Translations under genes and position numbers: made by a program
Source of the DNA: Raillietiella orientalis
Taxonomy: Eukaryota
Direction: 5' to 3'
Length of the DNA stretch: 64,000 bases
Assembly (NCBI GenBank): GCA_036172245.1
Contig: JAYWIR010000025.1
Coordinates: 434,001 to 498,000, forward strand
Shown: one piece after another, positions 13,051 through 25,479 of the stretch
Layout: every line of letters begins with the position of its first letter
Position numbering within the stretch: the stretch's first letter is position 1
The notes under the pieces: model-generated
Seen by the model: the letters and a program-made list of their open reading frames with translations, nothing else
The model's database searches: none
What the model was told of the DNA's origin: nothing

Positions 13051-14039
13051 GGACATTAAAATGGGAAGCTTTCGGTCGTCCATCGTAAGATCGAATGTCT
13101 TGCAGCACCGAAAGCATCTCGTGTGTTTTCAGTGCTCTGCGTTCGAAATATCAAGACTTGTCTCCACGCAGTCTGACATCCTGTGCTCATGAATCGATTA
13201 TGCATAAGACAAAAGCCAAGAAAGCTGCAAAAGCATCGATGTATGAATTATATGAGAAGCAATTCTAATTATACACAAGGCATCTCGTCTCGCATCGCAT
13301 CTCCAACACAGGAATTAGACATGAAGCATGTATGGTCTCTCCCGTAATAGAAGATGCAATTTAGAGCAGCCAATGATTCACACAACTGAGAATGCATGGA
13401 AAGACAACAGTTCTTGGCTGCAGACTTGCACTAGGCGTGGTATTCGTGGTGATAGTACGCCCTCTAGCACTAAGTTTAGTAGCTGCAGAAATCTTACCAG
13501 TAGAAGACATCTGCAGTAGATATCAGATCTTTATCGATAGTGGAAAACTGATCTAATGGAAAGAGCGAGGTGGCTTATTTCAGGATGGAGTCATGCCTTT
13601 CTCTTCGGAATGACAGAAGGTTTATCTTAAGATGCCAAGGTCACGACAATATCCACAGACAATAAACTCCTTTTCCTTCACTCTATTCTTGACAGGCTTC
13701 TCTTCAATCATGCTTTGCTTTATTAAAAATTCTTGTGAATTAGGAGATCCACTATGAATTGAATTTCACAATTTATTATTGTCACATAATCTTACAGTTT
13801 TTTCCAGGGTCAGAATACACTGAACTTAAGGCACAAATGCAGAAATCATACTTCATCAGGATCTTTGATATAGTATGACTATCACAAATGCAAAGAAGAG
13901 CAAATTAGAATTTTCAAATTAAGATAAAAAAAATGTCTCTAGAAAATGGAAGTTCTTCCATTGTGATTTTGAATAAAGCAATCATTTTCAAGATGAGTCG
14001 GCTGTACGTCTCTCATCAGAGAATGCCAGCATCAACACT

Positions 14040-15250
14040 TATCTAAAAAGGAAGCAGATTCAAAGGACAACTATGTGTATCTGATTTTGGAAGCAGTCTC
14101 TTGCATGTACCATTTGATAGTAGTGCAATTGTATAATTGTGTTTCTTCTGGACGACCTGTTTCTAGACGCACACTCATAAATTACAGGACAAAAGAGATC
14201 TCTCAATAGGTATACCATTAATTCCTCCAGATACTCACATATTCCACGAAAGTGATCCACCACAACCGCCTTTGTATAGAAGCACACCCATACGTTTGTA
14301 AAAGCGCAACCGGAAACTCGTTGAATTTTTCTTGATACGTAAGGCAAGAACATGGAAAAATCGTCCCCAGAGTTGGGTCCTGCTCCAGTAACTCAAGCAA
14401 ATTTCAGTTCTAACTTGCCCCTTTTGCTTCTTTGGCAAACATCGACTGCTCTGATATTTTTTTCAAGTTGACTAGATACGAGGGCCATCTCGGTGAGTAT
14501 CGTTCCATACTTTTTCTCTCCGTCAAATGCGTTTTCAAAATGATGAAATTTGATGTAAGAGAGGCCACATACCTTTGCCAGTGGTAACTTTTCCAAGTAG
14601 TCGCCATCTTTTCATCTTTTCTCTTTGTTACTTTTCTGCGACTTAGAAACAAGGAAATTCATCCCTTGTCTGAAAAAATCCTGCCCTATCTTTCTCTCGG
14701 AGCTTCTACTTCACATCCTTGATAACCCCATCATCTTTAAACTTTGTCCCCGAGAGACATTCCTCATGAATTAAGGGAGATAGAAGTCTGAAAGGGCTGA
14801 ATCTGAAGTGCATGATGGAGAAGAGACTTCTGCGACAGCCAGTCATACAGGTATGCCATCTTGTATTCTCGTTTAAGAGGAAAGGCATTTGTACTTTGCG
14901 TTCTTGAAGAACTTGCTTCATGCACTTGTGAGATCTTTGCAAGGTAGCAATGTACTCTAGGAATTTATTGCTGCTCTCCATAATGTCATCCAAACCCGAC
15001 CACAATCATATCCCCGAAGACGGTGGTCACATTCCTTGTTGAAGGAGACACCCGGAACTTTTCGAATGGCAAAGTTGTGTCGTGCCATTCTATGAATTAC
15101 GCTCTCTCCGCAGACATTTATGAATATTACACACTGTCTGTTCCTCAGTCGTTGGAAACTCGATGACAGCTCTGTAACTTACCTCATCATTCGATGTAAT
15201 TCTGGAAATGAGTGTGCCCATAACATATGGAAGCATGTCCTGGAACTGTA
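14040..15250 (-). pseudogene. Decayed second hAT (Ac-like) transposase remnant
   Basis: Minus-strand fragments in the expected order: ECDHRL...GL (CxxH-like), LLNENTRWHT (TRWxS/T motif) and TIALLSNGTCKRLLP (weak IPxSSxxxERxFS-like). Many frameshifts, and no TIR pair identified. Confidence 0.5.
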
Positions 15251-16846
15251 TTATCAAGTTGCTCATTTTCTAAAGTAACGCATGTCAAATTTTATGTACA
15301 AAACAATGAACATCTAGACGATTTCAAAGAACAGAGTTCATGAGTAATTCTCTCTTACAGATTGGAAAGGTCTCTTAGAAAGGTGTTTCATTTCATTTTC
15401 GAACAATATTTTGTGATTGAGACTGTTCCAGATCTTGTATAGATTCTTGTACAATCCCTTCCTGCATTGCGATCAGAGGTTACTTCAAAGAAAATATCTG
15501 AACTTTTATTTAGATCATTCATAAAAAAAAAGTCTAAAATCTATAAAAGTACTATCAATAAAAAATCAACTGAAAAATAAGAACCCCATCTACATACTTG
15601 AAGAAACTTAACGCACTCAACAGCAATGGATATTAACTACCTAACTTAATAATATGCTTCAAATCCACATGTGCAGTATTTAATGCAATTTCTGATATAA
15701 AATAGAATACATTATCTAAAGAAGTTTTATGCAATTTTGAAGTGAAATCATAAAGATTCAGTGTAGGTAAAATTAGAACAATTCGTTCAAAGACATGATT
15801 AGATGCATTAGTGTATTGATACGTTATATACATAAACGAGCAATATGAGTGAGAAGCAGCCGTAAAGAATGACATGCTATCAGTTTTCTTCCAAATTTTT
15901 CAGGAAAAAAAATCTTCAGTAAACAAATTTCATAGTGGACTTAAGCTCAAAACAGCACTGAAGAAACGACAAGCTACAAGAACTTTTAATATGGAAATTT
16001 TTTCGTGCTTGAACTGATGGACACGACAAATTAGCAAATTTATGTGTGAAGGTGCTTCCAAAGTAAGTCATGGAATGTGTCTTCAAAGTAAACAGCTTTA
16101 GAAATTACGGAGAATATGAAGTTCAAATTTGTAGAGCATAAATGTCTAAATTACCAAGTGATTATTGGTATCAGTACAAGAACTCCCTAGTCGAACATCC
16201 AAAACAGTAACAACAACAACAGCAACAAAATGAAATTAAGAAATCAATACATGAGAGAATGCATTTAGTTAAAACATAGGAGACTTTCCAACATCAGTCA
16301 GTACTCCTCGATTTGAATGTTTCATTTCATACTGTACAAATCACAAACTAATGGACATTTCATTCTTTCTCCTTAATACTTCAAATTTAAATCCAAATTC
16401 AACTTTATTTTCCTTGTCAATCACAAATTTCATTTTCACTCTCATTCCATTATAACGTTTGGTTTTAACAAATAAGATGTTTTGATACATGGTCTTTCTG
16501 CACCGTCTGGATTTTCGAATCAATATCTGAAACACTGGAGCCATGTGTTTGTTGTTTTAAAATAGACAATACACATGTGTGATTTTTTGGAAAATAGAGG
16601 TTGTGGCCATGGGCTGTTTGTTACGCTGAAACATAGCATTGCCGGTAGGAAGGCGCACTGTGTTCTGTGCGGGTTGCTAAATGAGCAGTTTTGGGAAGCT
16701 CTTTCGATTTTTCATTGCAACGAAGTAGTCACAGTACTTAATAAATGCAGTATTAGGTGTTAGTTTTCACAACGTAAATTGTTTTGTATAATGCCTTGAT
16801 AAGTGAGAAATCACACAAAGACAGGGGAGTTTTATACGGATTGAAA

Positions 16847-19800
16847 ATGGGAGCTTACTTAACTGCACCTGTTACTGAAAAGTTCTCTGAAGATGGGGAA
16901 GAAAGAGGTCTCAAGTATGGTGCTAGTTCCATGCAAGGATGGAGAGTTTCTCAAGAGGTAAGCCCAGCATTTTTGCCTTAATTAATTGGTCTTGCAGTCC
17001 CGGTTACAAAAATCAAAGGAAACTTAACATGATGTTATGAGCTTTCTAGGCATAATTATTTTTGAAACAATAGCCGAAAACTTTTACTGCAGTTTTTAAT
17101 TTGAGGATATGTTTTGTCGAATGTTTATGCGGACTTCTCTGAAGATGTATGTTTTAGATGATCGGTTTCATTCGAAAAGTAAATCATTTGTTGTAATATA
17201 CCACATGTGACTGATAATTTTGTGTGCTGCTGCTGTAGACGTAGATAATTTAGAGTTTATTATAGATGAATCAGATGAGTGTATGGACACCAAGATAGAG
17301 ATGCAGAATCCAAATATGAAGCAAGAATTTAAATTTGAACAAGTTGTTAGTAATCATATTGTTTTTCTGTGAAAACCCATTGTGTACTTTAAAGCAGCAT
17401 GAACTGTTAGATTGATATTTGTTATATGATTGACATGATATTGAAGTATTTTCATTGTAGACAGTAACCAGAATCATCGATTAGTATTTCAAAATCTCAA
17501 TTCTGTTCCAAGAGTTTCAGAATTGATGTTTTTTTTTTTGTGTATTATTCAAGTTATTTTTTCTTGTTTTATGGTACTTTCTGGATTTTGACAAGACTGT
17601 AGCTTATGTGAAATAGCGTAAAGCAGTTTATGAGACCTGTGTTTTTCTCATGAAGTGTAATTATCTTGTTACAGTTCATTAGAGAAGTAAACAAGACTTT
17701 TAATTAAAACAGGCTGTTTAAATCTCAGAATATTGTGGTATCTTAATAAGTGCATTTGTCTGTTGCTTACATCTTGTGTTCTATCAATTTCAGTGAGTGA
17801 AACAAGTGTTATTCTGATTAATGTTGCATTTTCAAAAACAGAATATTCATATTTTATGAATATTTGTTTCCTACATGTTTAGTGTGTCCACAGTCTTGCC
17901 TTTAAGGTACTTATTTATTCAACAAAACTTGAAGGTTCCTGTTTAGTAATTGGACCTTTCTGTTGTATTGAATAAGTAAATTGCAAATGGTGTAATTCTT
18001 TTACAGGAAGTCAAAACAGGATTGTTTTGTTTTTGTTGAAACTGGGCTGTTCAAGTAACTTCTCGTTCATTACAGCAAGTATTGTGTAATTTTTTTGGAA
18101 GCCTCTAGAAAGCTTTTGTTTTGAAAAGAAAATTTCAAAACTCAAGCTTTTGTGTAAATTTTTAAAATATAGGCAAAATAATTCCATTAAATCTAACTCT
18201 GTTAATGATTGCAACAAGCTGTGCACCCTTAGAAACGAAAATAAAGCCCTTCAAATTAGTGATATGGAAGTAATAAAAGGTATAATAATAAAAATAATGA
18301 AATCTAGATGTTTTATAAATACCAATAAAGTATATTAGTGATAAGATTACAAGTGAATTTTGGCACCAAACTAAAAAGGATATTAGATATGCCAAAGTGG
18401 ATGAACATCTCTCTGATTGAGAGAGGAAATTTGGATTAAAATAATTACACTTGCCATAAAATAACATTGATTTTTGGAAGAAAAGCATTCAAATTGGAAT
18501 GGTAGATGCATGCAAAACGGAGGAATTTTTTAAAAAATATTTACTGATATTTATGCTTTTTATTTACTTGCTTATTTTGATTGCTTCTTGTATTTATCAG
18601 TCATTATTTATTTATACTATGCTTTACATTATTTCATTCATCTTATAGTTACCTGCTCACGGTTTTATACAGTCTATGTCAGCAAATATTTTGCATTTGG
18701 TAGCTTTTTCAGTTCAACTATGACTTCTTTCATTTTTGAATTATTTAATTGCAGCTTCTAAGTTTTTGGTAAATGGCTGAAAGTTGAGCAATTGTTATAA
18801 TAAACACTTTATCGAAAGAAAAATTATTTCATAAATTGGTGTTTTATTGTCTTGGATCAAGAAAATTTGTTCAAATCTCAAGCTGTCAATGGTTTAATAA
18901 TTACATGCACAATATTATTTAAGAATTGATTTGTCAGATTTTGTTTTAATCCAAACCTCAATTTACGGAGAACAGTTACAGCCAACAATTTTGTTTTGTA
19001 AGTATGTTTTCCTTTGTTGTTGTTGCAGTGCTTAGCTATTAAATTTATGTAAACCTCCTTTATTGCCTTTATTCATCACATTTTTTCAAGTTCAGGTTAC
19101 ATGCTTACTGTTTTCATAATTAGCATCTTCTATGTTTTCTGCCCTATGGAAGAATGGAAAAGTTTGGATTTTTGCTGAAATTCCACAAGAATACTTTATT
19201 AATTATAAGGAATAATTGAATTATTATTGTAATTGTTAAGTATTTTTGGTACATATTTATTGGTTTCTTAAAATAACATCTCTAGTAGTACCTTAATCAG
19301 TACTACTAGAATCATGTAATCCTAACCATGTAATCTTAAATCATGTGCTCCATGCATATCTACTGCTGTTTGGTAATTACTAGATGTTATTTCTTGGCAA
19401 AGTTTGTCGTTTTTTTTCCTCTTACGTTCCTACCGTATGTTGTTTCAGGATGGAAGCTAAAGTCTTTACATTTGTGTGGCATTGTGAATTTTTACAGCAC
19501 ATATGAAGCCATTGATGTGTACATAAGTGTACTACCATAATCTATATAATAAATAAATAATTTCTTTGTTTTTTGATATTGTGTGTCATCAGAATTTTAA
19601 ACTATACCTGCTACTGTGCTTTTCGCAAGATGATACATAGTTGCATAACGAAATTGTGATACTCAAGTTTTATATAAATTTACACCACACTGATAAGTTT
19701 GTGCTTTGATGGCTTGTGTCATTCAGTGCTTTGTTTAAAAAAAACTTGAGATTCAAGTAAATATGTTAATTCATATGCATTCTGCTTTTATTAGTGGTAA

Positions 19801-22536
19801 TAATTTCTCATTTCTTTTGCTGTAATGAACTGGTCAAATGGAATTCAGTTATGTGTGTGAAAGTTGTACACCACCAGATCTGAGCACATATTATTCATCC
19901 TTTCATTCATCAAGTCATTTTAATTATTTGCCGTTACATCTACATTTTTTAATTAGGTGCTCAATATTTCTGATGTCTTGCATGCAGTACTGGTTTTGTA
20001 TTTGTAAATTTGCTCATCCAATTCATACAGCTTGACAGTTGCATTTCGGTTTTTATTTCACAACCCAGATGCTTTATCTATTTACAAGATATATTAGCCC
20101 ATTTTCTGTGTTTATGTTTATCTGGAAATTGTAGCTCTTTGGTGATCTTCACTGTACTAGCTACTGGCATTTATTTGTTTTATGTTTTTGATTTTCAACT
20201 CTTTTCGTCTTTGAAATAGTTACTATGAAAGTTGTGCTAATTGCGACATTCAGTAGCGTTTGGAATAGAACGGACTTCATGAATGCAGTTAAATGCAAAT
20301 GTTATTTATTTCGGAAAATCCTTATGTTGAATTCTGTTATGGTTATCCATCAAGAACAATTTCACAGGCAAGAATCTGTAGAATACTTAAAAATGTTTGT
20401 GGTTAATGTTATATGTAACTATACAGCAAAAGTGTGTTGAATTTCCAAATCGTTACTTTTCCATTCAGTTTGTATAGATTATTGGACAATATTTTCAATG
20501 TTATACTTCATATTAACATATGACAATTAAACCTGAAGTGAGCTTAACATTATATCAAGTGGCTTTTGTTTTATAGGATGCACATAACTGTATATTAAAT
20601 TATAATGGTGGTTCGTTTTTTGCTGTTTATGATGGCCATGGTGGCTGTGAAGTAGCTGCATATTGTGAAAAATACTTCCCTGATTTCATAAAAAATACCG
20701 ATGCTCATAAAAAGGGACTCTACCGAGAAGCTTTAGAAGAAGGATTTTTGGGTTTTGATGCTCTTCTCACACAGAAAGATGTCATTGAAGAGTTGAAAAT
20801 GATAAAAGATGCACCTGGTTGTGCTGAAAAGGAATTTGGTAATTGTTTGAACTTCTATGAAATGGATTAATGCATAAAATATCTAGATGATAATGAACTT
20901 AATGATTTGCATTCAGAAGCCATTATGCCATTAGAAGAACTAATGACCAAGTATCAAAAAACAGATAACTCAGAAGGAAAGCTAGTGCACAATGAAATCA
21001 AAATGGTGCCTCCATTTTTAAATACCAAAACACCTTGTCTGGATGGACCATCTTGTTCAGGAGTGAATTGGATTAAGGAAGCAAATAAAATATCTGTTAA
21101 TGGCATTTGTTCAGAAGATCAACACTGTGACAATGAGCATGATGAGTTAGGAGTAGAAGTAAAAACAGATGTCAGCAAATGTAATCAAGAAAGCCCATCA
21201 GGATATTCAATCATGTCAAAAGAAACGCAGGAGCACAGTGACATAAGTTCTCAGCCAACAGCACATATGCCACACACTACAATAAAAATAGAAGTAATTG
21301 AAGATGAAAGTACTTTAAATGATAATCCAAACTATGTTAAAGAAGAAGAGGTTAATGAGATAGACACCATTATAACTGATGGAATGGAAAGATTGACTGA
21401 ACTCAAGGAACTTCCCGAAGTGGTTCCTCAGACTTCATCAATGCAGTCTCCAAGTTCTAGTAAAGAATGGGGAGAAACATCGTGCATTAAATTCAATATG
21501 TATAAGAAATCGGCAGAAAAGAATCAGAGTGATGATGAAGATGATGATGATGAAAGCAGTACAGATGAAGATTTTATAGTTGAAACTAGGTAGCATCATT
21601 GTTGGTTGCTTTATGAGTATTGTGTTATTCAGTGAATCGACTTCAGAAGAAGAAGCAGATTTCTTGGAACAAGATTTGGATAAGGAGGAGGAGGAAGAGG
21701 ATGAGGAGGAAACAGAAGAAAATGACATTTTTAATAAGTTTCAAATGAATATGAAGGAAGAGGTGGAGAGACGAACTGTAACCTTTTGAACAGCTTGCTG
21801 ACATCCACTTTCAGCCAGGATTTGATAGTGGATGCACTGCTGTAGTGGCTCTTTTCCAAGGCACAGATGTATATGTGGCCAATGCTGGAGATTCACGCTG
21901 TGTTGTTTGTCGTAATGGCCAAGCCCTAGACATGAGTGTGGACCACAAACCTGAAGATGAATTAGAAATGAAGAGGATTTTAGCAGCTGGAGGTGCAGTT
22001 TCTAAGGAAGGAAGAGTCAATGGCGGGTTAAATTTGTCTCGAGCAATTGGTGAGTCACTATTGTTTCAGGCATTTTTACTTAGTATTTCATTTCAGGTGA
22101 CCATGCTTATAAGCAAAATGACTCTTTGCCACTACGTGATCAGATGATAAGTGCTTTGCCAGATATTAGTGTGCTTAGTCTGGAACCTCAGGTTGAGTTC
22201 ATTGTTCTAGCATGTGACGGCATATGGAATTCAATGACAAGCCAAGAAGTGGTTGATTTCATCAAAAGCCGTTTGGGAGGACCTGCTTGTTCACTTTCTC
22301 ACATCTGTGAAGAGGTCAGAAAGGAGTCACAATGTGTGCCTGCCACTGCTTTGTAGTTGTTTGATGTCTGTCTGAAGCCCACAACTTCTGGCGATGGCAC
22401 TGGCTGTGATAATATGACTGCTATTATTGTGCAGCCTCTTCCAAGTTTTTTCTCCAACAAGCGACGTTTTTCTGATGAACAACATACTAATGACAGCAAA
22501 AAGCAGCGAATCAACACTGAAGAACAAAGTGAATAA
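16847..22536 (+). CDS. PPM1G: Protein phosphatase 1G (PP2C-gamma), ~612 aa, 7 exons
   Basis: Exons 16847-16957, 20577-20838, 20887-21589, 21633-21762, 21815-22049, 22097-22314 and 22357-22536 are all GT-AG with consistent phases and total 1839 nt. PP2C motifs are intact: [84 protein letters not shown] long internal insertion ending in D/E tracts and a basic C-terminal NLS-like segment (KRR...KKQR) are characteristic of PPM1G. Confidence 0.97.
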
Positions 22537-22550
22537 AAGTATACTTTATT
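22532..22550. terminator. Opposed polyadenylation signals of the two convergent genes
   Basis: Plus-strand AATAAA at 22532-22537 overlaps the PPM1G TAA (22534-22536). Minus-strand AATAAA (TTTATT at 22545-22550) begins 5 nt after the stop of the minus-strand gene. Confidence 0.6.
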
Positions 22551-22554
22551 ATAA

Positions 22555-22984
22555 TTAACTTGATGACTTTAGTCTCATTTGCTGTAATTTCTTTTCTTGC
22601 TCTTTGAGTTGATTTCTCAGTTCAGTTAACCTGGACAGAGGACTAGATCCAGCATCATACCCAACATTTGCTACTTGGTTTGAATTTTGTGTCTTAGAAT
22701 TCTGTTAAAACTCAAGTACTGGTCTAGAAAACACTTTAATTACCTGTTTCATGAGAACCGAATTTTTTGCATTTTGGTCATTGTACTTGCTTTCTGCTGT
22801 GGAACCATCATATGAGGAGTTATATTTGTTCTTATCTTGAATTTGTTGATCTAGCTGCTTTCTGTATTCTGCTTGCTTATTACACTTTTCTTTTGGAGAA
22901 AAAAACAAATACAAAATTTCATACATCACTGCATGACCCAGTTACCTGAGGATTGCCTTGATGCATCTGAAGAGATGAAGTCAT
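22555..22984 (-). CDS. Small spliced coiled-coil protein (~108 aa or longer), possibly CSPP1/CCDC66-like; 5' end uncertain
   Basis: Minus-strand exons: 22984-22946 (donor CAG|GTAACT); 22884 or 22889 to 22744 (KQAEYRKQLDQQIQDK..., donor CAG|GTAATT); then a 42-bp intron ending ttttaacag; then 22701-22555 (NSKTQ...SRLTELRNQLKEQEKKLQQMRLKSSS*). The last intron is phase 0 and AATAAA follows the stop. The family resemblance rests on motif memory only. Confidence 0.68.
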
Positions 22985-23569
22985 GCTAATGGGAAAATTC
23001 AACACCTTTATTCACAAATTGCATGGCTGATATACTACACACATCACAGTCAATTGGCTGCATTAACAATTAAATTATACATACCAATTAAGATGTGATT
23101 AAAGGGCAGGCTAAGAACATCAGGTAAAGTAATTAAACGCATTAATTTTTACGTTTATTAGCATTTCACCATGTTATAAAATCGAAAACTGTTTCTGCAC
23201 GAACGAGTTAATACCGAAATACCCTTTTACTACTCATAAGTACTGCGTTTTTTGGTTACAAAGTCAAATTTTGCACGAACTCTTGAACATATAACTAAAT
23301 CATTACACAAATAATGGGAAACCTACAATACATTAATTTACCCGGCTAGCAAATTTGTTACGCTTATGCACACAGTACGGTTTCATGATATCGTGGATTC
23401 TGGAAATCACAACATTTCCAAAATTAAACAGTTATCTGAAATCGAACTACAAATCTACATTTTGAAATGAAGCATCCCCAAACGGAAAACAACATGCGCC
23501 GCAAAATCTGTACTTCGCTTTAGCTATATTTTCATTTTTTTTTTAACACATATCAGAAGAGATTGATTG

Positions 23570-24720
23570 AAGAGATTTATTGATGATGCAAACAAAAGTT
23601 CCCCATCAAGAATGTGCCATGCGACTCGTTCGGGAGGCGAGGCAAACGTCGGATTCCGACCCATCGAGGAAAAAAACGTGAATATCCCCATCCAAAAAGA
23701 TACGACTTTCCGAGTGGATAAGAGGACTTGACGGCAATTTCGTGTCAATCTGGACACCCACGGCAGCTGGCACCGCCGCGTGGATCATTTCAAAACGGCG
23801 TGCCTACCTCAAGCGTCTTCGGGTGACCACCGCGGCCCTCGCGCCTCTGGCGAAACGACCGCCTCTCCTCGTCCAGCCTTCTTCTGTGGGCAGAGAGGAA
23901 AGTCTCGAAGTATTCCAAATCTTCCAGAACAAACTCATAATCACTGAACACCTTCATCTCAGCACGTTCCCGTCATGGGAGCTACACGGGAAGCCGACTC
24001 CAATGGACTGGGATTACCACGGACGGGGACGGATTCACGCGCACCTCGCCATCGACCGAGGTGTTTTGCTTGCACCTTGGCACCGAATGCACCCAAAACA
24101 CGAGCACACCAGGGAAACAAGTAATCATCTTGGCATTCATTTCGTTGCACACAAACCGTTTGAACCCTTTTCACAGAGGCAAAGAACTGCATGAAAGGAG
24201 GACCAGCGTACGTTGAAAAATGTGCATTAAAGAAGCTAAATATGTTTCGAAAGATGCTTGCTGGAGGTAAGTTATATTTCATCGGTTGACTCTCAATTAT
24301 ACAGTGTTTATAAGTCTCAGTCACAACACGAATATGGGCAGGAGCTATTAATATATAAGCATGTGGAACTTGAGGATAACTTTGATTAGGAATGAAAGAA
24401 CAAAGTTGCTTATAGGGGAAAGTAATCAAACGTTCATAGCAGCAGCGTTTTGGAATCGTTCTTGTAACAAGTCCATTCCAGGTCCAGAGTCCTGTTATCT
24501 TGATCAAAAAGCTCTCGAAGAACTACGGCCATTTCTCATTCTTAGAAGAAAAACAGATAAATTATCATCAGACGGAAAACTCGGAAGGTCTTTTGGACCT
24601 TCAGTTCTTGAAAAGTCCCAATCCTGATCCTTTTTGAGTTTTATGTGAGCACAGAGATCGTTTCTACAGAACCAATTCTTACACAATCGCGTGCAAAACC
24701 AGTTTAATCGAGTTTTTGTC
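23570..24720 (+). mobile_element. Possible decayed non-LTR RT fragment
   Basis: Weak motifs FIDD (YADD-like) and HLGIHF (YLG-like), followed by YVEKCALKKLNMFRKM. The region is heavily disrupted. Confidence 0.3.
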
Positions 24721-24878
24721 ATTTTCATCTCGATAACTGTTCTACTGTGATATTTTCCCTTTCCTTGTTCTATTTGTTTTGTAGTACCTGTCCCACTCTT
24801 TATATTCGAGCCTGCAATATTTATTACAAGGAAAGTACATGCCTTTTTTTTTTTGAAAAAAAAAAAAAAAAGCGCTCG

Positions 24879-25244
24879 CTACCTCTACCACTGTCACTCT
24901 ACTCATTACATACCTCATATGAATTTTACCATCAATTTGCAAACTCGTTATCCCAAACCCCATCAGATTACTAACAAAAACTGTCAACAATAATCCTCAT
25001 CCCCATCAATCAAAATTTTCAGCGCCCTACTACTTACCATCGCCCTCATCAACTTCTCAAGACTCACCCCTTACACATTCCCATCATCTGCCCATCTCTC
25101 CCTATCTCTTTCCCTAGCCATCCCACTTTGAACCTCCAGACAACTCTTCTGCATCTCCAGTAACTTCTCTCACTACCTAGCTCACCTCACACCTAAAGGA
25201 AACCCAACATCTCTCACCCTACTCATCCCACTCTTAGAAACAAT
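24879..25244 (+). pseudogene. atp6: NUMT: nuclear copy of the 5' part of mitochondrial ATP synthase subunit 6
   Basis: C/A-rich, G-poor island. From 25021 in the invertebrate mitochondrial code (TGA=W, AGA=S) it reads SALLLTIALINFSSLTPYTFPSSAHLSLSLSLAIPLWTSSQLFCISSNFSHYLAHLTPKGNPTSLTLLIPLLET. This matches ATP6 motifs N..GL.PY.F....HL...L.LA.PLW and AHL.P.G.P..L......ET. One frameshift separates it from the upstream part (TSTTVTLLITYLMWILPS...). Confidence 0.9.
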
Positions 25245-25479
25245 GCTTACTTGATTCAGGATTCTAAATACAAAAAACAGATTATTCTTATAAGCTGCCT
25301 TATTTCTCTACGATTACTTTAAAGAAGTAACTCCCTTGATCTCTAGCGGAATATTTCACTTCCATTCATTTTGTCACTGGATGACGAAGGCGACGTCGTA
25401 CTTTTGACGGATTGACTCAAAAATAAACTTCAAGGAAAAGACAAAAGGCGGTTCAATGTAACGTCGGGGAATTCACCTC

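Noticed and set aside
16341..16544. 67-aa minus-strand ORF as a protein-coding gene
   Set aside because: It has no recognisable homology or consistent downstream exons. It is kept only as part of a speculative divergent-transcript finding.
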